From: an uncultured Gammaproteobacteria bacterium
GTDB lineage: Bacteria; Patescibacteriota; Patescibacteriia; Magasanikbacterales; UBA922
Length of the DNA stretch: 55,222 nucleotides
Assembly: GCA_964604685.1 (NCBI GenBank)
Contig: CAZRZS010000001.1
Coordinates: forward strand, 1 to 55,222
Direction of reading: 5' to 3'
Position numbers and translations under genes: made by a program. Below are positions 45,399 to 55,140 of the stretch, one piece after another; positions within the stretch are counted from its first letter, which is position 1; every line of letters begins with the position of its first letter. Below the pieces are notes generated by a model. That model saw only the letters and a program-made list of their open reading frames with translations, made no database searches and was not told the DNA's origin.

Positions 45399-45427
45399 AT
45401 TCTACCAAAATCTCTTAAATTAGTCAA
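45399..45427 (-). promoter_or_regulatory. Sigma70-like promoter for rplU
   Basis: On the minus strand: TTGACT (45427-45422), a 17-nt spacer, then TAGAAT (45404-45399). Confidence 0.5.
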
Positions 45428-45429
45428 GT

Positions 45430-45897
45430 TTAGTCCTCCACAAGGATTAACCTATCACCAATTGCTACATCATGTTTCTCTACCCAGCCAGCTGGCAGTT
45501 CCAAAACTAAGTTAACTTCTTTACGAGGATAATAGCGGGTTAATTGTGCTTCTGGTATATCTTCTTCCAGAGGAACATTAGTTACTAAGTCAATCACCAC
45601 ACCACTATCTAGCCAAACAATATCAATGGGAAATTCCATATCCCGCATAACAATACCAAGCTTCTTTTTTTCAGGGTAAATAAATAACATGCCATCATAT
45701 TCTGCCAAACTTTCTCTGCCCCCCAACCCTTTGTATTGGTGCTGGGGTATTTTAGCCACTAAAACCTGTAGTTTCTGGCCTTTTAGCTCTACAATCGCTT
45801 CTGGCCAATGCAATTGCCATAATTTTAAACCCAAATAAGTTAAAGCTATAATTATTAATAATATTATGTGCCAAGTTTTTAATTTTTGTTCTTTCAT
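45430..45897 (-). CDS. DUF192 domain protein with an N-terminal TM anchor
   Basis: GLGGRESL..YDGMLFIY......MRDMEFPIDIVWLD..G.V and LELPAGW are typical of DUF192. Confidence 0.7.
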   Translation of the reverse strand: MKEQKLKTWHIILLIIIALTYLGLKLWQLHWPEAIVELKGQKLQVLVAKIPQHQYKGLGGRESLAEYDGMLFIYPEKKKLGIVMRDMEFPIDIVWLDSGVVIDLVTNVPLEEDIPEAQLTRYYPRKEVNLVLELPAGWVEKHDVAIGDRLILVED

Positions 45898-46946
45898 ACT
45901 TTACTATTAGCTTTATGCATAAACCAAATGCCAAGTAGCAACATTAAAACAAACAAAAAAGCCAAAGCAATTAGCTTTTCTGAACTTTGCAAAAATAAAG
46001 TCGTTACGCCAAATAAAAAAGCTAAGGAATACAATAACAAAACTGCTTGCCGCTGACTTAAACCTGACTGTAATAAGCGAAAATGCAGATGTTCGGAATC
46101 ACCAATATAAAAAGGCTGTTTTTTTTGCCAACGACGGATAATTACCCGAATCATATCCATAACTGGCACACCCATGACCAACAAAGTCGTGGCAATCTTA
46201 CCACCGGAAATAATGGCTAAACTGCCCAGCATAAAACCAAGAAATAAGGCCCCACCCTCGCCAAGAAATATCTTGGCCGGATAAAAATTCCATATTAAAA
46301 AACCCAAACAAGCACCGGCAAAAATCAAAGCCAGCAAAGCCAAATCCGGCTGGCACCATTTAGCTTGCAAACTTAAAAAGGCAATCATAATAGTGCCAAT
46401 AAAAACAATACCTGCGGTTAAGCCATCTAAGCCGTCCAAAAGCTTGGTGGTAAACATCATAACCATGATCCAGACAAAAACCATGAAATCCGCCAACCAT
46501 AACCAATCACCTAAAACAAATCTGTTAAAATTAAAAACACCACCTAGAGAATTAGTAATAACTTCAGGACCAATACCAAAAACAATAATCAACAAAGCAG
46601 TAATAAGGGGAAAAATAATCTGTTGTTTAGGCCGGAGATTATATTTATCATCCAAAATACCTCCTAACATTAAAACCAAACCACCGAGAAACAAAGCCCA
46701 CAAATATTTAATCTCGACACTATCCCCCATTTTGGGTATTACTAATAAAACAACTAAAAAGAAACTAGCAAAAATAGCCAATCCTCCACCTAGAGGTATT
46801 TTTTGCTTATGGATTTTTCTAGCTTCAGTGCGAGGTAAATCAACAATATTAAAACGGCGCATAAGATTACGCACCGCTGGTGTTAAAAAAAGAGAAATAA
46901 GAAAAGTCAGGAAAAAATAGCCAAAATACATACTAGGCTCTTTCAA
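45894..46946 (-). CDS. Polyprenyl-phosphate N-acetylhexosamine-1-phosphate transferase (MraY/WecA family)
   Basis: VDLPRTEARKIHKQKIPLGGG, ILDDKYNL and LLDGLDGLTAG. About 10-11 TM helices. Confidence 0.8.
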   Translation of the reverse strand: MKEPSMYFGYFFLTFLISLFLTPAVRNLMRRFNIVDLPRTEARKIHKQKIPLGGGLAIFASFFLVVLLVIPKMGDSVEIKYLWALFLGGLVLMLGGILDDKYNLRPKQQIIFPLITALLIIVFGIGPEVITNSLGGVFNFNRFVLGDWLWLADFMVFVWIMVMMFTTKLLDGLDGLTAGIVFIGTIMIAFLSLQAKWCQPDLALLALIFAGACLGFLIWNFYPAKIFLGEGGALFLGFMLGSLAIISGGKIATTLLVMGVPVMDMIRVIIRRWQKKQPFYIGDSEHLHFRLLQSGLSQRQAVLLLYSLAFLFGVTTLFLQSSEKLIALAFLFVLMLLLGIWFMHKANSKV

Positions 46947-49680
46947 TACTAAGTTTACCCCCTTCTCCTAATACTACTACATCTCGTCTTTGTAATTTAC
47001 CAGCTAAAATCAATTCTGCCAGTTTGTTCTCCACCTGATCTTGTATAGCTCTCCTCATCGGTCGAGCACCAAACTCAGGATCAAAGCCAGTCTTGGCTAA
47101 AAACTCCAAACCAACCTCTTCAGCTCGGAAACCTACACCACGCTTTTCCAAATCACGGGTTACTCGCTTCAACATCAAGCCAGCAATTAATTTAATTTCA
47201 TGGCGTTCCAAAGGCTTAAAGACAACAATACCATCAAAACGATTCAAAAATTCTGGCCTGTAATATTTCTTCAATTCAGAACGTATTAGCTGTTGGCGAA
47301 TGCTTTCCAAAGAAATGCCTTGGATTAATTGTTCCTGTACAAATGTGGTGCCAGCATTGGAAGTGGCAATAATAATAGCATTGGTAAAATCAATTACTCG
47401 ACCAGTACTATCAGTCAGACGACCATCATCAAAGACTTGTAAAAAAATATTTAAAACATCAGGGTCAGCCTTTTCTAATTCATCTAATAAAATTAAAGAA
47501 AATGGCCGTTGCCGCACCGCTTCAGTCAGCAAGCCACTGCCTTGCTGGCCAGGCTGGCCCAACAAGCGATAAACACTAGACTTATCCTGAAATTCACTCA
47601 TATCAATGCGGATCATCCTGTTTTCACCACCAAAGTAGACTTCGGCAATGGTTTTGGCCAATTCGGTTTTACCTACTCCAGTGGGGCCTAAAAATAAAAA
47701 GTTGGCAATGGGTTTTTTATCTGAACGAATTTCCACTCGAGCTCGGCGCAGAGCATTAGCTACAATGGAAACAGCTTCATCCTGGCCAATCAGACGTTCA
47801 TGCATAACTTCTTCTAAACGCACCAATTTATCAGATTCATCTTCAGTAATGCTAGTTGTAGGCACGCCTGTCTTCTGACTAATAATAATGCCCACATCTT
47901 CGGCTGTAACTAATTGATTCTCCCCCTTGTTATTCCTCACAAAACTAGCCACTTCAGACATGATGCTGATAGCGCTTTCTGGTAATTGTTGATCATGTAA
48001 AAATTTCTCAGATAATTTTACGCACTGGGCAATAGCATCATAGGAAAAGAAAACATTATGCTTGTATTCAACTATGCCGGCTTTGGATTCCAAAACTTGG
48101 ATGGCTTGATTTTCCACCATTTCTTTGATATCCACTCTTGCCAGAACTGTCCCAAGCTGGCTATTCACAATCCGCTGATTAAAATTATTTGTAGTTGCCG
48201 TAGCAAAAGTTAAAAACTTACCTGGACCCAAATATTCAGCAATGGTTTCCGAAACATCTACGCCTTCACCACCACTATCAGTCACCCCAACTAGATCATC
48301 AATGTTTTTAATAAACAAAATAATATTTTTAGCTCGCCCGACTTCATTCATAATCTTAATTAAACGCTCTTGAGCGCCACTAGCCGAAGTACCAGCCACC
48401 AAAGCAGAAGTAGATAATTGCACTAAACGTTTATCCTGCAAACGCTCCGGCACCTCATCTTCAATCATTTTCTGGGCTATACCTTCAATAATAGCCATTT
48501 TTCCTACACCATGCTGGCCAACAAGTACAACACTTTGGCGACCTCCTTCAATAATGCGAAAAATCTCTTGAATTTCTTCATCTCGAGCTACACTTGGTGT
48601 CAGATAACCATATTTAGCAGCCATAGTTAAATCTTCGCTAAAACTATTCAAAAATGGTGTGGCCACGGCTGTCATAGCTCGATCTAAACCATATTTACTA
48701 CGACGACGAGCGACTTTGCGAAAACTTTGATATTGTTTGCGTAAATGTTCGCGAATCCGTAGCCACTCAATCACATTGGATAACTTGTCTTTATCCACTT
48801 TCAAATCATAGAGAACTTCCTGGATTTTTTCTGATTGGCGCACTGTGGCTACTAAAATTTCCGTCACATTAACATATTCCTGGCGCTTTTCATAGGCCAC
48901 TTCATAAGCATGAAATAATATTTGTTGCAGATTTGTAGATAGACATGACAATTTTTTGTCTTTAGATTTAATAAAAAATTTAGTCAAATATCCTTGCAGG
49001 CTTTGTACAGAAATACCTAAGCGTAAAAAAACCGTACTGACACGGGAAGAAGCCAATAGAGCATAGAAAACATGAAAAGGTGTAACTTCTTCACTTTCAA
49101 ACTTATCAGCCAAAAAATATGCTTGCTCTAAAACTTGACGGGCTTCTGCTGTAAAAACATCTGCAATATCCTTTCTTTTGCGACGAGGAATTTTAATGGC
49201 TTCTAACCAGGTTACCATTACTTGAACAGAATCTAATTCACTAACTGTTTTTTCTTTGTAACCCCGTATTTCAACAATTTCTTGCACCTCTTGGGTAGTA
49301 ATAAGGCGATAGAAAAGATAAGCAAAGGCAATCACGGCTAACCAGAAGAATAAAGTCAGACCATTGCCCTGCCAAAAATTAATTGTAAATAAATTAAGCC
49401 AAAGATTCAAATGCCAAAGATTCCATAAAAACAAACCCAAAAAACCTAAGCCAAAAACCAAAGCGCCAATAATTCTAAATTTTTCCAAAATTCGCCTGCC
49501 CTTGCGCACTTGGATATGATAACGAGTTAAGGGTTCACCCCAGTACAAAAACTTGTTCCGCACTATCCGGCCCATACCCATGCCTTTACACTCGCCACAT
49601 TTTCTAAATTTAAGATAGCCTGAGCCTCCACAAGTGTTGCATGCAATAATGTTTAATGGAAGATTTTTAGAAAAAAGCAT
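46933..49680 (-). CDS. Membrane-anchored Hsp100/ClpB-ClpC-like AAA+ protein with an N-terminal DnaJ-type zinc finger and a degenerate D1 module
   Basis: CNTCGGSG and CGECKGMG are two CxxCxGxG motifs. Two TM helices span about aa 70-125. Clp_N-like repeats follow. D1 reads GQHGVGKMA (GKM instead of GKT) and ILFIKNID (KN instead of DE). D2 is intact: GPTGVGKTELAK and LILLDELEKA. No IGF/VGF loop is visible. Confidence 0.8.
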   Translation of the reverse strand: MLFSKNLPLNIIACNTCGGSGYLKFRKCGECKGMGMGRIVRNKFLYWGEPLTRYHIQVRKGRRILEKFRIIGALVFGLGFLGLFLWNLWHLNLWLNLFTINFWQGNGLTLFFWLAVIAFAYLFYRLITTQEVQEIVEIRGYKEKTVSELDSVQVMVTWLEAIKIPRRKRKDIADVFTAEARQVLEQAYFLADKFESEEVTPFHVFYALLASSRVSTVFLRLGISVQSLQGYLTKFFIKSKDKKLSCLSTNLQQILFHAYEVAYEKRQEYVNVTEILVATVRQSEKIQEVLYDLKVDKDKLSNVIEWLRIREHLRKQYQSFRKVARRRSKYGLDRAMTAVATPFLNSFSEDLTMAAKYGYLTPSVARDEEIQEIFRIIEGGRQSVVLVGQHGVGKMAIIEGIAQKMIEDEVPERLQDKRLVQLSTSALVAGTSASGAQERLIKIMNEVGRAKNIILFIKNIDDLVGVTDSGGEGVDVSETIAEYLGPGKFLTFATATTNNFNQRIVNSQLGTVLARVDIKEMVENQAIQVLESKAGIVEYKHNVFFSYDAIAQCVKLSEKFLHDQQLPESAISIMSEVASFVRNNKGENQLVTAEDVGIIISQKTGVPTTSITEDESDKLVRLEEVMHERLIGQDEAVSIVANALRRARVEIRSDKKPIANFLFLGPTGVGKTELAKTIAEVYFGGENRMIRIDMSEFQDKSSVYRLLGQPGQQGSGLLTEAVRQRPFSLILLDELEKADPDVLNIFLQVFDDGRLTDSTGRVIDFTNAIIIATSNAGTTFVQEQLIQGISLESIRQQLIRSELKKYYRPEFLNRFDGIVVFKPLERHEIKLIAGLMLKRVTRDLEKRGVGFRAEEVGLEFLAKTGFDPEFGARPMRRAIQDQVENKLAELILAGKLQRRDVVVLGEGGKLSIERA

Positions 49681-49682
49681 AA

Positions 49683-50045
49683 TTATTTAACCAATAATAA
49701 TGACTGCAAAAGCATATAAACGATAAAAACTGGAAAAACTAGCCATAACAAAAATATGGCTAAAATTATAATCAACCAGATTAATAAGGCAAAACCACGG
49801 CCGATCACATTCACAAAACGCATAAAAATACTCATCAGCCGGCCTTGTAAATCCGTCTGCCCGTACATAGGTACAAACATATTTTTTAACCACAAGCCTG
49901 GGGCTAAATACAGATTGCCATTTTGTAATAAATGCCAACACCAAATTAAGGCATACTTAACACCGCCGCTATACCACCAAAGCGGAAAATATACCAAATC
50001 AAGAATAAACTCCAAAAACATCCTTTGTAAAACGAGAATCCACAT
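49683..50045 (-). CDS. Hypothetical integral membrane protein (3-4 TM helices), first gene of the Clp-like operon
   Basis: A 120-aa hydrophobic ORF that ends 2 nt before the Clp-like start. An extended -10 box TGGTATAAT (minus strand, 50062-50054) lies only 8 nt upstream of its ATG. Confidence 0.6.
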   Translation of the reverse strand: MWILVLQRMFLEFILDLVYFPLWWYSGGVKYALIWCWHLLQNGNLYLAPGLWLKNMFVPMYGQTDLQGRLMSIFMRFVNVIGRGFALLIWLIIILAIFLLWLVFPVFIVYMLLQSLLLVK

Positions 50046-50063
50046 ATATTTAAATTATACCAT

Positions 50064-50092
50064 AAAAATAAAAAAACTCCCATAAGGGAGTT
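50064..50092 (-). terminator. Intrinsic terminator after ftsL
   Basis: On the minus strand: aactccc ttat gggagtt followed by tttttttattttt. Confidence 0.75.
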
Positions 50093-50111
50093 AGGTTATT
50101 TGCACTGCGAA

Positions 50112-50456
50112 TTACTTCAAAGCCACGGCTGAACCCATTAAAGTAATATATTCAACATCATTAGCGACAACCAATTCTGTGTCTTGTAAGCGCTGTTGAA
50201 TATTCTTCATAGACTGCTGAGTAGCAATTTCAAATTCTATTTTTTGGCTGGCTTCTTCTAACAGTCGAATCTGATTTTCCAGATCAGATATTTCATAACC
50301 TTTAGTTGAAACCGAACTAGTTTGCAATAAATACATAATACCAAAGATGGCAATCAAAACAATCAATAAAACCCGGCAAGTCGTACCCAAAAGCCACTTT
50401 TGCAGAGCTAATTTTTTCTCACGTAAAGTCTTTTGTTTGAAACAATATTGCGTCAT
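50112..50456 (-). CDS. ftsL: FtsL-like cell division protein
   Basis: 114 aa with a single TM helix and a coiled coil. Its position after mraZ-rsmH is conserved. Confidence 0.65.
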   Translation of the reverse strand: MTQYCFKQKTLREKKLALQKWLLGTTCRVLLIVLIAIFGIMYLLQTSSVSTKGYEISDLENQIRLLEEASQKIEFEIATQQSMKNIQQRLQDTELVVANDVEYITLMGSAVALK

Positions 50457-50466
50457 ATATTTATTT

Positions 50467-51342
50467 TTATTTTTGTATTACTCGCAACTTAGCCGAACGG
50501 GCCCGAGGGTTATCTTTTAACTCCTCTTCAGAAGCTGTAATTGGTTTTTTAGCAATAATCTCTATGTTTTTAATTTTTTTAAAAAAATGTTTGACAATCC
50601 GATCTTCCAAAGAATGAAAGCTAATGACAACGAGACGTCCACCTGGTTCAAGAATTTCCACTGCCTGAGGTAAAACTTTTTGCAAAACTTCCAACTCATC
50701 ATTTACTGCAATCCTCAAAGCTTGAAATACTCTAGTCGCCGGGTGAATCTTACTTAGATTTCCCCGACTGCCATAGACTTGCAAAATGATATCAACCAAC
50801 TCCCCTACTTTAGTAAATTCTTTAACAGCTCTTTTCTCCAGAATTGCACTTGCAATTTTTTTACTTAACTTTTCTTCGCCGTATCGTTTAAAAATCTTAA
50901 TTAATTCTTCCTTATTGCGATAATTGATAATATCTGCCGCCGTAATACCCTGTTTGATATCATAACGCATGTCCAAAGGTTCTTCAGCTTTGGAAAAACT
51001 AAAACCTCGACCCCGACCCTCAAATTGCTGACTAGACCAGCCTAGATCAAGCAAAACTCCCCCAACTGGTGTAAATTTCTTTTCACTAACAATTTTGTTT
51101 AAATTCTGAAAATTATCCCTGGCAAAAATCACACGGCTATCAAACTCATACAAATATTGTTTAGCGCGTAAAATCGCTTCAGGATCATTATCAATACCAA
51201 GTAATTTGCCATCAGGTTGCGTTTGTTGCAAAATCGCTTCAGCATGACCGCCATCTCCTAGTGTACAATCCACCACGTTCTTTCCAGGTGTTAATTGTAA
51301 GGATTCAATAACTTCATTGTGTAAGACGGGTATATGTCTCAT
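50467..51342 (-). CDS. rsmH: 16S rRNA (cytosine1402-N4)-methyltransferase
   Basis: HIPVLHNEV, VDCTLGDGGHA, LLDLGWSS and SFHSLEDR. The start is set at ATG 51342 (MRHIPVL). Confidence 0.93.
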   Translation of the reverse strand: MRHIPVLHNEVIESLQLTPGKNVVDCTLGDGGHAEAILQQTQPDGKLLGIDNDPEAILRAKQYLYEFDSRVIFARDNFQNLNKIVSEKKFTPVGGVLLDLGWSSQQFEGRGRGFSFSKAEEPLDMRYDIKQGITAADIINYRNKEELIKIFKRYGEEKLSKKIASAILEKRAVKEFTKVGELVDIILQVYGSRGNLSKIHPATRVFQALRIAVNDELEVLQKVLPQAVEILEPGGRLVVISFHSLEDRIVKHFFKKIKNIEIIAKKPITASEEELKDNPRARSAKLRVIQK

Positions 51343-51396
51343 AATGCAGAGTTCAGAGTTCAGAGTTTGGACTCCTCCATGATTGAAGTCCAAATT

Positions 51397-51828
51397 TCAA
51401 ACACCGAGATCAGCCATTTGCTCGGCAATCTTGTTACTTTCTCTTTCAGTCTTGTTTTTGTAATTATTCCATTTAATCTTGTCCCAAAGTTCTAAGCGAC
51501 TGTAAAGACCAGCAACTATCACATTCTTTTTTAAACCTGCGTAAATGCGTAAGTAATCAGGCAGCATTACTCGACCTTGTTTGTCAACTTGCACACCCAT
51601 GGCGCCGGCTAGCATTAAACGGGCAAAGGCTCGAGTATTAGCTTGTGCAAATGGCAAAGCGGCTAATTTTTCAGCCAGCTTTTCCCACTCTTTTTTGGTA
51701 TACAAAAACAGACAGTTGTCTAAGCCTCTAGTTACAACTGCACCTTTTGCCAGATCAGACCGAAACTTCTTTGGTACAGCTAACCGGCCCTTATCATCTA
51801 AATTGTGGTTATATTCACCTATAAACAT
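51397..51828 (-). CDS. mraZ: Transcriptional regulator MraZ
   Basis: MFIGEYNHNLDDKGRLAVPKKFR and a second SpoVT/AbrB-like repeat, VDKQGRVMLP. The start is set at ATG 51828. Confidence 0.93.
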   Translation of the reverse strand: MFIGEYNHNLDDKGRLAVPKKFRSDLAKGAVVTRGLDNCLFLYTKKEWEKLAEKLAALPFAQANTRAFARLMLAGAMGVQVDKQGRVMLPDYLRIYAGLKKNVIVAGLYSRLELWDKIKWNNYKNKTERESNKIAEQMADLGV

Positions 51829-51856
51829 AAATCTTTGGAAAATAGAGAGACAGGCA

Positions 51857-51902
51857 TTTTCCCCATTTTTCCCCACTTGTAACCATTATATACCACTTTG
51901 AT
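51857..51902 (-). promoter_or_regulatory. mraZ promoter with putative MraZ operator repeats
   Basis: On the minus strand: TTGCGT, a 17-nt spacer, TATAAT (51890-51885), then GTGGGGAAAAA-TGGGGAAAA direct repeats (51876-51857) at about 10-nt periodicity. This resembles known TGGGN MraZ boxes. Confidence 0.5.
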
Positions 51903-51971
51903 TTACTACGCAACCATTTACAACCATAGTTATCCACAGATAAATACCAGCAATTCAATTAATAAAAACAT

Positions 51972-51999
51972 AAAAAAGAGCCTATTTATGGCTCTTTTT
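51972..51999 (-). terminator. Terminator hairpin after the beta-CASP gene (bidirectional in shape)
   Basis: aaaaaagagcc tatttat ggctcttttt. Confidence 0.75.
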
Positions 52000-52013
52000 G
52001 TTTTAAAATAATA

Positions 52014-53369
52014 TTAAATTTTCACTATCTGATTTAATTTTGGCATCTTCACCTTCACCTTATATTTCTCTTTTATACAGCTTGCTAAGGATGTGGTGGC
52101 ATGTTTTTCACCGTGTACACAAAAAATTTGTTTGGGCGCTCCCCCACCACTGCCAATCCACTTAAGTAATTTAGTCTGATCCCCATGTGCAGATAGAGCG
52201 CCAATAGCTTTAACTGTGGCCTTAACTTTCACACTCTTGCCAAAAATTTTTACTTCTTTAGCGCCTTTATACAATCTACGACCTAAAGTACCTTGAGCTT
52301 GGTAACCAACAATTAGTAAGGTGGAAGCTGAATCTGATAAATGATGAAACAAATGATGAACAATCCGTCCTCCATTCATCATCCCCGCACCAGCGATGAC
52401 TATCTTAGCACCAGGAATATTATTTATTTTTTTTGATTCTTCTTTATTATATGTCTGTTCCAAGCCGGGAAAATCCAAAAAGTCATCACCAGTTAGATGT
52501 AATTTCATGGCTTCAACATCATAATACTCTGGATATTTCTTATACACCTTAGTGGCATCAATGGCTAAAGGACTATCTAAAAAAACAGGAATTTTAGGCA
52601 GAGTCTCATCATGTTCAGATAATAAATTTAGTTCATAGAGTAATTCCTGGGTGCGTTCCAAAGAAAAAGCTGGCACCATAATCGTACCGCCTTTGGCTAC
52701 GCCTTTTTTAATTAAATTTAAAATCACTGACCGCCGCGTATCAATGTCTTCATGAATACGATCGCCATAAGTTGATTCACATAATAAAATATCAATATCT
52801 TTACTCAATTTCTTTGTGTCTTTCAAAATTGGCACCCCTTCATTGCCAATGTCGCCAGAAAAAACAATTTTTTTATCTTCAAGTGAAAGTTCAATAAAAG
52901 CCGAACCATAAATATGGCCTGCATCTTTCCACACGGCTTGCACGCCTGGCAAAACTTCAATAACTTCATGATAATCAATACCTGTACACTGGTCTGTGGC
53001 TAAAACAATATCTGATTCATCAAACAAAATTGGCGTCTTATATCGTCGATTATTTTCTTTCATAATATGCCAAGCATCCGCCCAAATTAAACGGGCAAAT
53101 TCACAAGTTGCCTTGGTCATATATATCTTGCCGCTAAAACCTTCTTTAATCAGCTTAGGAATACGGCCAATATGGTCAAGATGGGCATGGGTAACCAAAA
53201 GCACGCCAATCTCTTTAGGATTGAAAGGAAAATCATCATGGTTTTTACCTTCATTAAAATTACTGCCCTGGAACATGCCACAATCTATCAAAATCTTGTT
53301 TGTCTCAGTCTCTAACAGAAAACAAGAGCCAGTAACTTCCTGGGCAGCGCCGGCAAAAGTAAGTTGCAT
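52014..53369 (-). CDS. MBL-fold beta-CASP RNA-metabolising hydrolase
   Basis: ILIDCGMFQG, THAHLDHIGRIP and C-terminal ...SAHGD... The start is set at ATG 53369 (MQLTFAGAAQEVTGS). Confidence 0.85.
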   Translation of the reverse strand: MQLTFAGAAQEVTGSCFLLETETNKILIDCGMFQGSNFNEGKNHDDFPFNPKEIGVLLVTHAHLDHIGRIPKLIKEGFSGKIYMTKATCEFARLIWADAWHIMKENNRRYKTPILFDESDIVLATDQCTGIDYHEVIEVLPGVQAVWKDAGHIYGSAFIELSLEDKKIVFSGDIGNEGVPILKDTKKLSKDIDILLCESTYGDRIHEDIDTRRSVILNLIKKGVAKGGTIMVPAFSLERTQELLYELNLLSEHDETLPKIPVFLDSPLAIDATKVYKKYPEYYDVEAMKLHLTGDDFLDFPGLEQTYNKEESKKINNIPGAKIVIAGAGMMNGGRIVHHLFHHLSDSASTLLIVGYQAQGTLGRRLYKGAKEVKIFGKSVKVKATVKAIGALSAHGDQTKLLKWIGSGGGAPKQIFCVHGEKHATTSLASCIKEKYKVKVKMPKLNQIVKI

Positions 53370-53455
53370 AGTCTTGTAAATTATATCACATTTCATAAGT
53401 CTTGCCTAAAACTACTCAAAGCTTCTAAAATCTGATATAATATGTGAGACGCTAT

Positions 53456-54148
53456 ATGAGAAGAAACATAGACCACATAGAAATCAAAGAACCACCAATC
53501 CAAGAACTGAGTAAAAAACACTCCTGTTTCAAACGCACCTGTTTTACTGGCTGTGGTTGTATTGTCATCTTTATCTTAATCTCTTTACTGCTCTTAAAAT
53601 TTATAGCAGGTCCGCGGACTAAAGAATTGAAGGCCTTGCCAGATAATCTACCCGTTTCTATACCCATTTATGGTGAAGATGATATTGCTAAAATTTCTTT
53701 CATCTCTGGCAAGAAAAAAAGCCTGGGGATAGAAATTGCTGCCTATGTACCCAAGCTTATCCTCTCCCCTGTCATCCTGATGCTGGATAACACCATTATG
53801 CCAGAAAAAAAGATTGATGAAAATGGCATTAAGACTATTTCCCGTACAGCTAGCTGGAGTGACTTTGTCCGCTTAATGAAAGAACCAATTTCTGATCAAA
53901 GAGACATTGTTCAGATTGAATGGACTTTCCTGACAGCTGAACCTAATTTTATATCCCAATACTTTGCTACTGAATTGAAGAAATATGACTATGAACTAAT
54001 CCAAAGTGTTAATAGTGAACAAGTCAAACAATTTTCTTTTGCCTCATTTGAAGAAAATATTGATGGCGTGGTCTTTATTAAAGATGATCCTCAAGATTCA
54101 GGCACTGACTATGTCTCTTTGACTGCTTATATACCAGCTGAAAACTAA
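53456..54148 (+). CDS. Hypothetical membrane-anchored protein
   Basis: One TM helix (GCGCIVIFILISLLLLKFI). I recognised no motif. I prefer ATG 53456 to the GTG at 53444 because a tataat lies at 53436-53441. Confidence 0.5.
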   Translation: MRRNIDHIEIKEPPIQELSKKHSCFKRTCFTGCGCIVIFILISLLLLKFIAGPRTKELKALPDNLPVSIPIYGEDDIAKISFISGKKKSLGIEIAAYVPKLILSPVILMLDNTIMPEKKIDENGIKTISRTASWSDFVRLMKEPISDQRDIVQIEWTFLTAEPNFISQYFATELKKYDYELIQSVNSEQVKQFSFASFEENIDGVVFIKDDPQDSGTDYVSLTAYIPAEN

Positions 54149-54172
54149 TTATATATTTTTAATCACCTTAGT

Positions 54173-55093
54173 ATGGCTATTAAAACCTTAAAAGAAAAAA
54201 ACCTCACTTGGATTAATATTGATGGGCTTGATGAAGCAGCTTTGAAATTTTTAAAAGACAATTACAAATTTCATCACTTGGACTATGAAGATTTGCAAGG
54301 CGGCAAACAAACACCAAAAATTGATGTCTACAAAAATTATCTTTTTTTAATCTTTCACTTTCCCCACTGGCAGTCCAATCACAAAACTGTTTCTAACCAT
54401 GAAATTGGCGTGTTTGTAGGTAGCGATTATCTAATTACAGTTTCCTATGGTAAAAATAAAGAAATGAAAGACATGTTTTATCGCTGTCTGCGCAATAAAA
54501 ATGTCAAAGCCAATTGGATGACTAGTGGTTCTGGTTACCTGCTTTATCATCTGATTGAAAGCCTCTTCAAAAATGGCCAGCCTATTTTAGATAATATAGG
54601 CAAACAAATCTATAACCTAGAAGGTCATATTTATGCTGGCGACCAAGATTTACATACAGTCAAAGAATTAGCCATTCATCGTCGCAATGTCCTACACATG
54701 CGCCGAATCATAGATCCACAGCGCTATCTAGTAGCCAATTTATCTCATATTCGCCGGCCTTTTTTGGATGAATCCTTAACCCCGTATTTTGATGACGTTA
54801 ACGACTACCTAAGCAAACTATGGTCAATTACCGACACCTTCAAAGACACTATTGATGGTCTACATGTTACTGTTGAATCTCTAATGGCTCACCGCACTAA
54901 CAAAGTAATTTCTGCTCTAACCATAATCTCTGTATCCTTGTTACCTCTGACTCTGCTATCTGGCATTTATGGTATGAACATAGAAGGCCTGCCCCATGCT
55001 GAAAATCCCTTCTGGGTCTGGATGATGTTTTTGGGATTGGTAACAGTTATTGTTTTAATAATCTTAATTATGAGAAAGAAAAAATTATTATAG
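54173..55093 (+). CDS. corA: CorA family magnesium/cobalt transporter
   Basis: YGMN motif (GIYGMNIEGLP) followed by the final TM helix. Confidence 0.9.
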   Translation: MAIKTLKEKNLTWINIDGLDEAALKFLKDNYKFHHLDYEDLQGGKQTPKIDVYKNYLFLIFHFPHWQSNHKTVSNHEIGVFVGSDYLITVSYGKNKEMKDMFYRCLRNKNVKANWMTSGSGYLLYHLIESLFKNGQPILDNIGKQIYNLEGHIYAGDQDLHTVKELAIHRRNVLHMRRIIDPQRYLVANLSHIRRPFLDESLTPYFDDVNDYLSKLWSITDTFKDTIDGLHVTVESLMAHRTNKVISALTIISVSLLPLTLLSGIYGMNIEGLPHAENPFWVWMMFLGLVTVIVLIILIMRKKKLL

Positions 55094-55110
55094 CAAAAAA
55101 CTCCAAAGAC

Positions 55111-55140
55111 AAAAAATCTCATCACCAGATGAGATTTTTT
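55111..55140 (+). terminator. Intrinsic terminator after corA
   Basis: aaaaatctcatc acca gatgagattttt followed by t. Confidence 0.8.

Noticed and set aside
51930-51938. A perfect DnaA box TTATCCACA upstream of mraZ, as a possible oriC
   Set aside because: It is a single box with no cluster, no AT-rich unwinding element pattern and no dnaA/dnaN nearby. One 9-mer hit in 55 kb on two strands is close to chance expectation.
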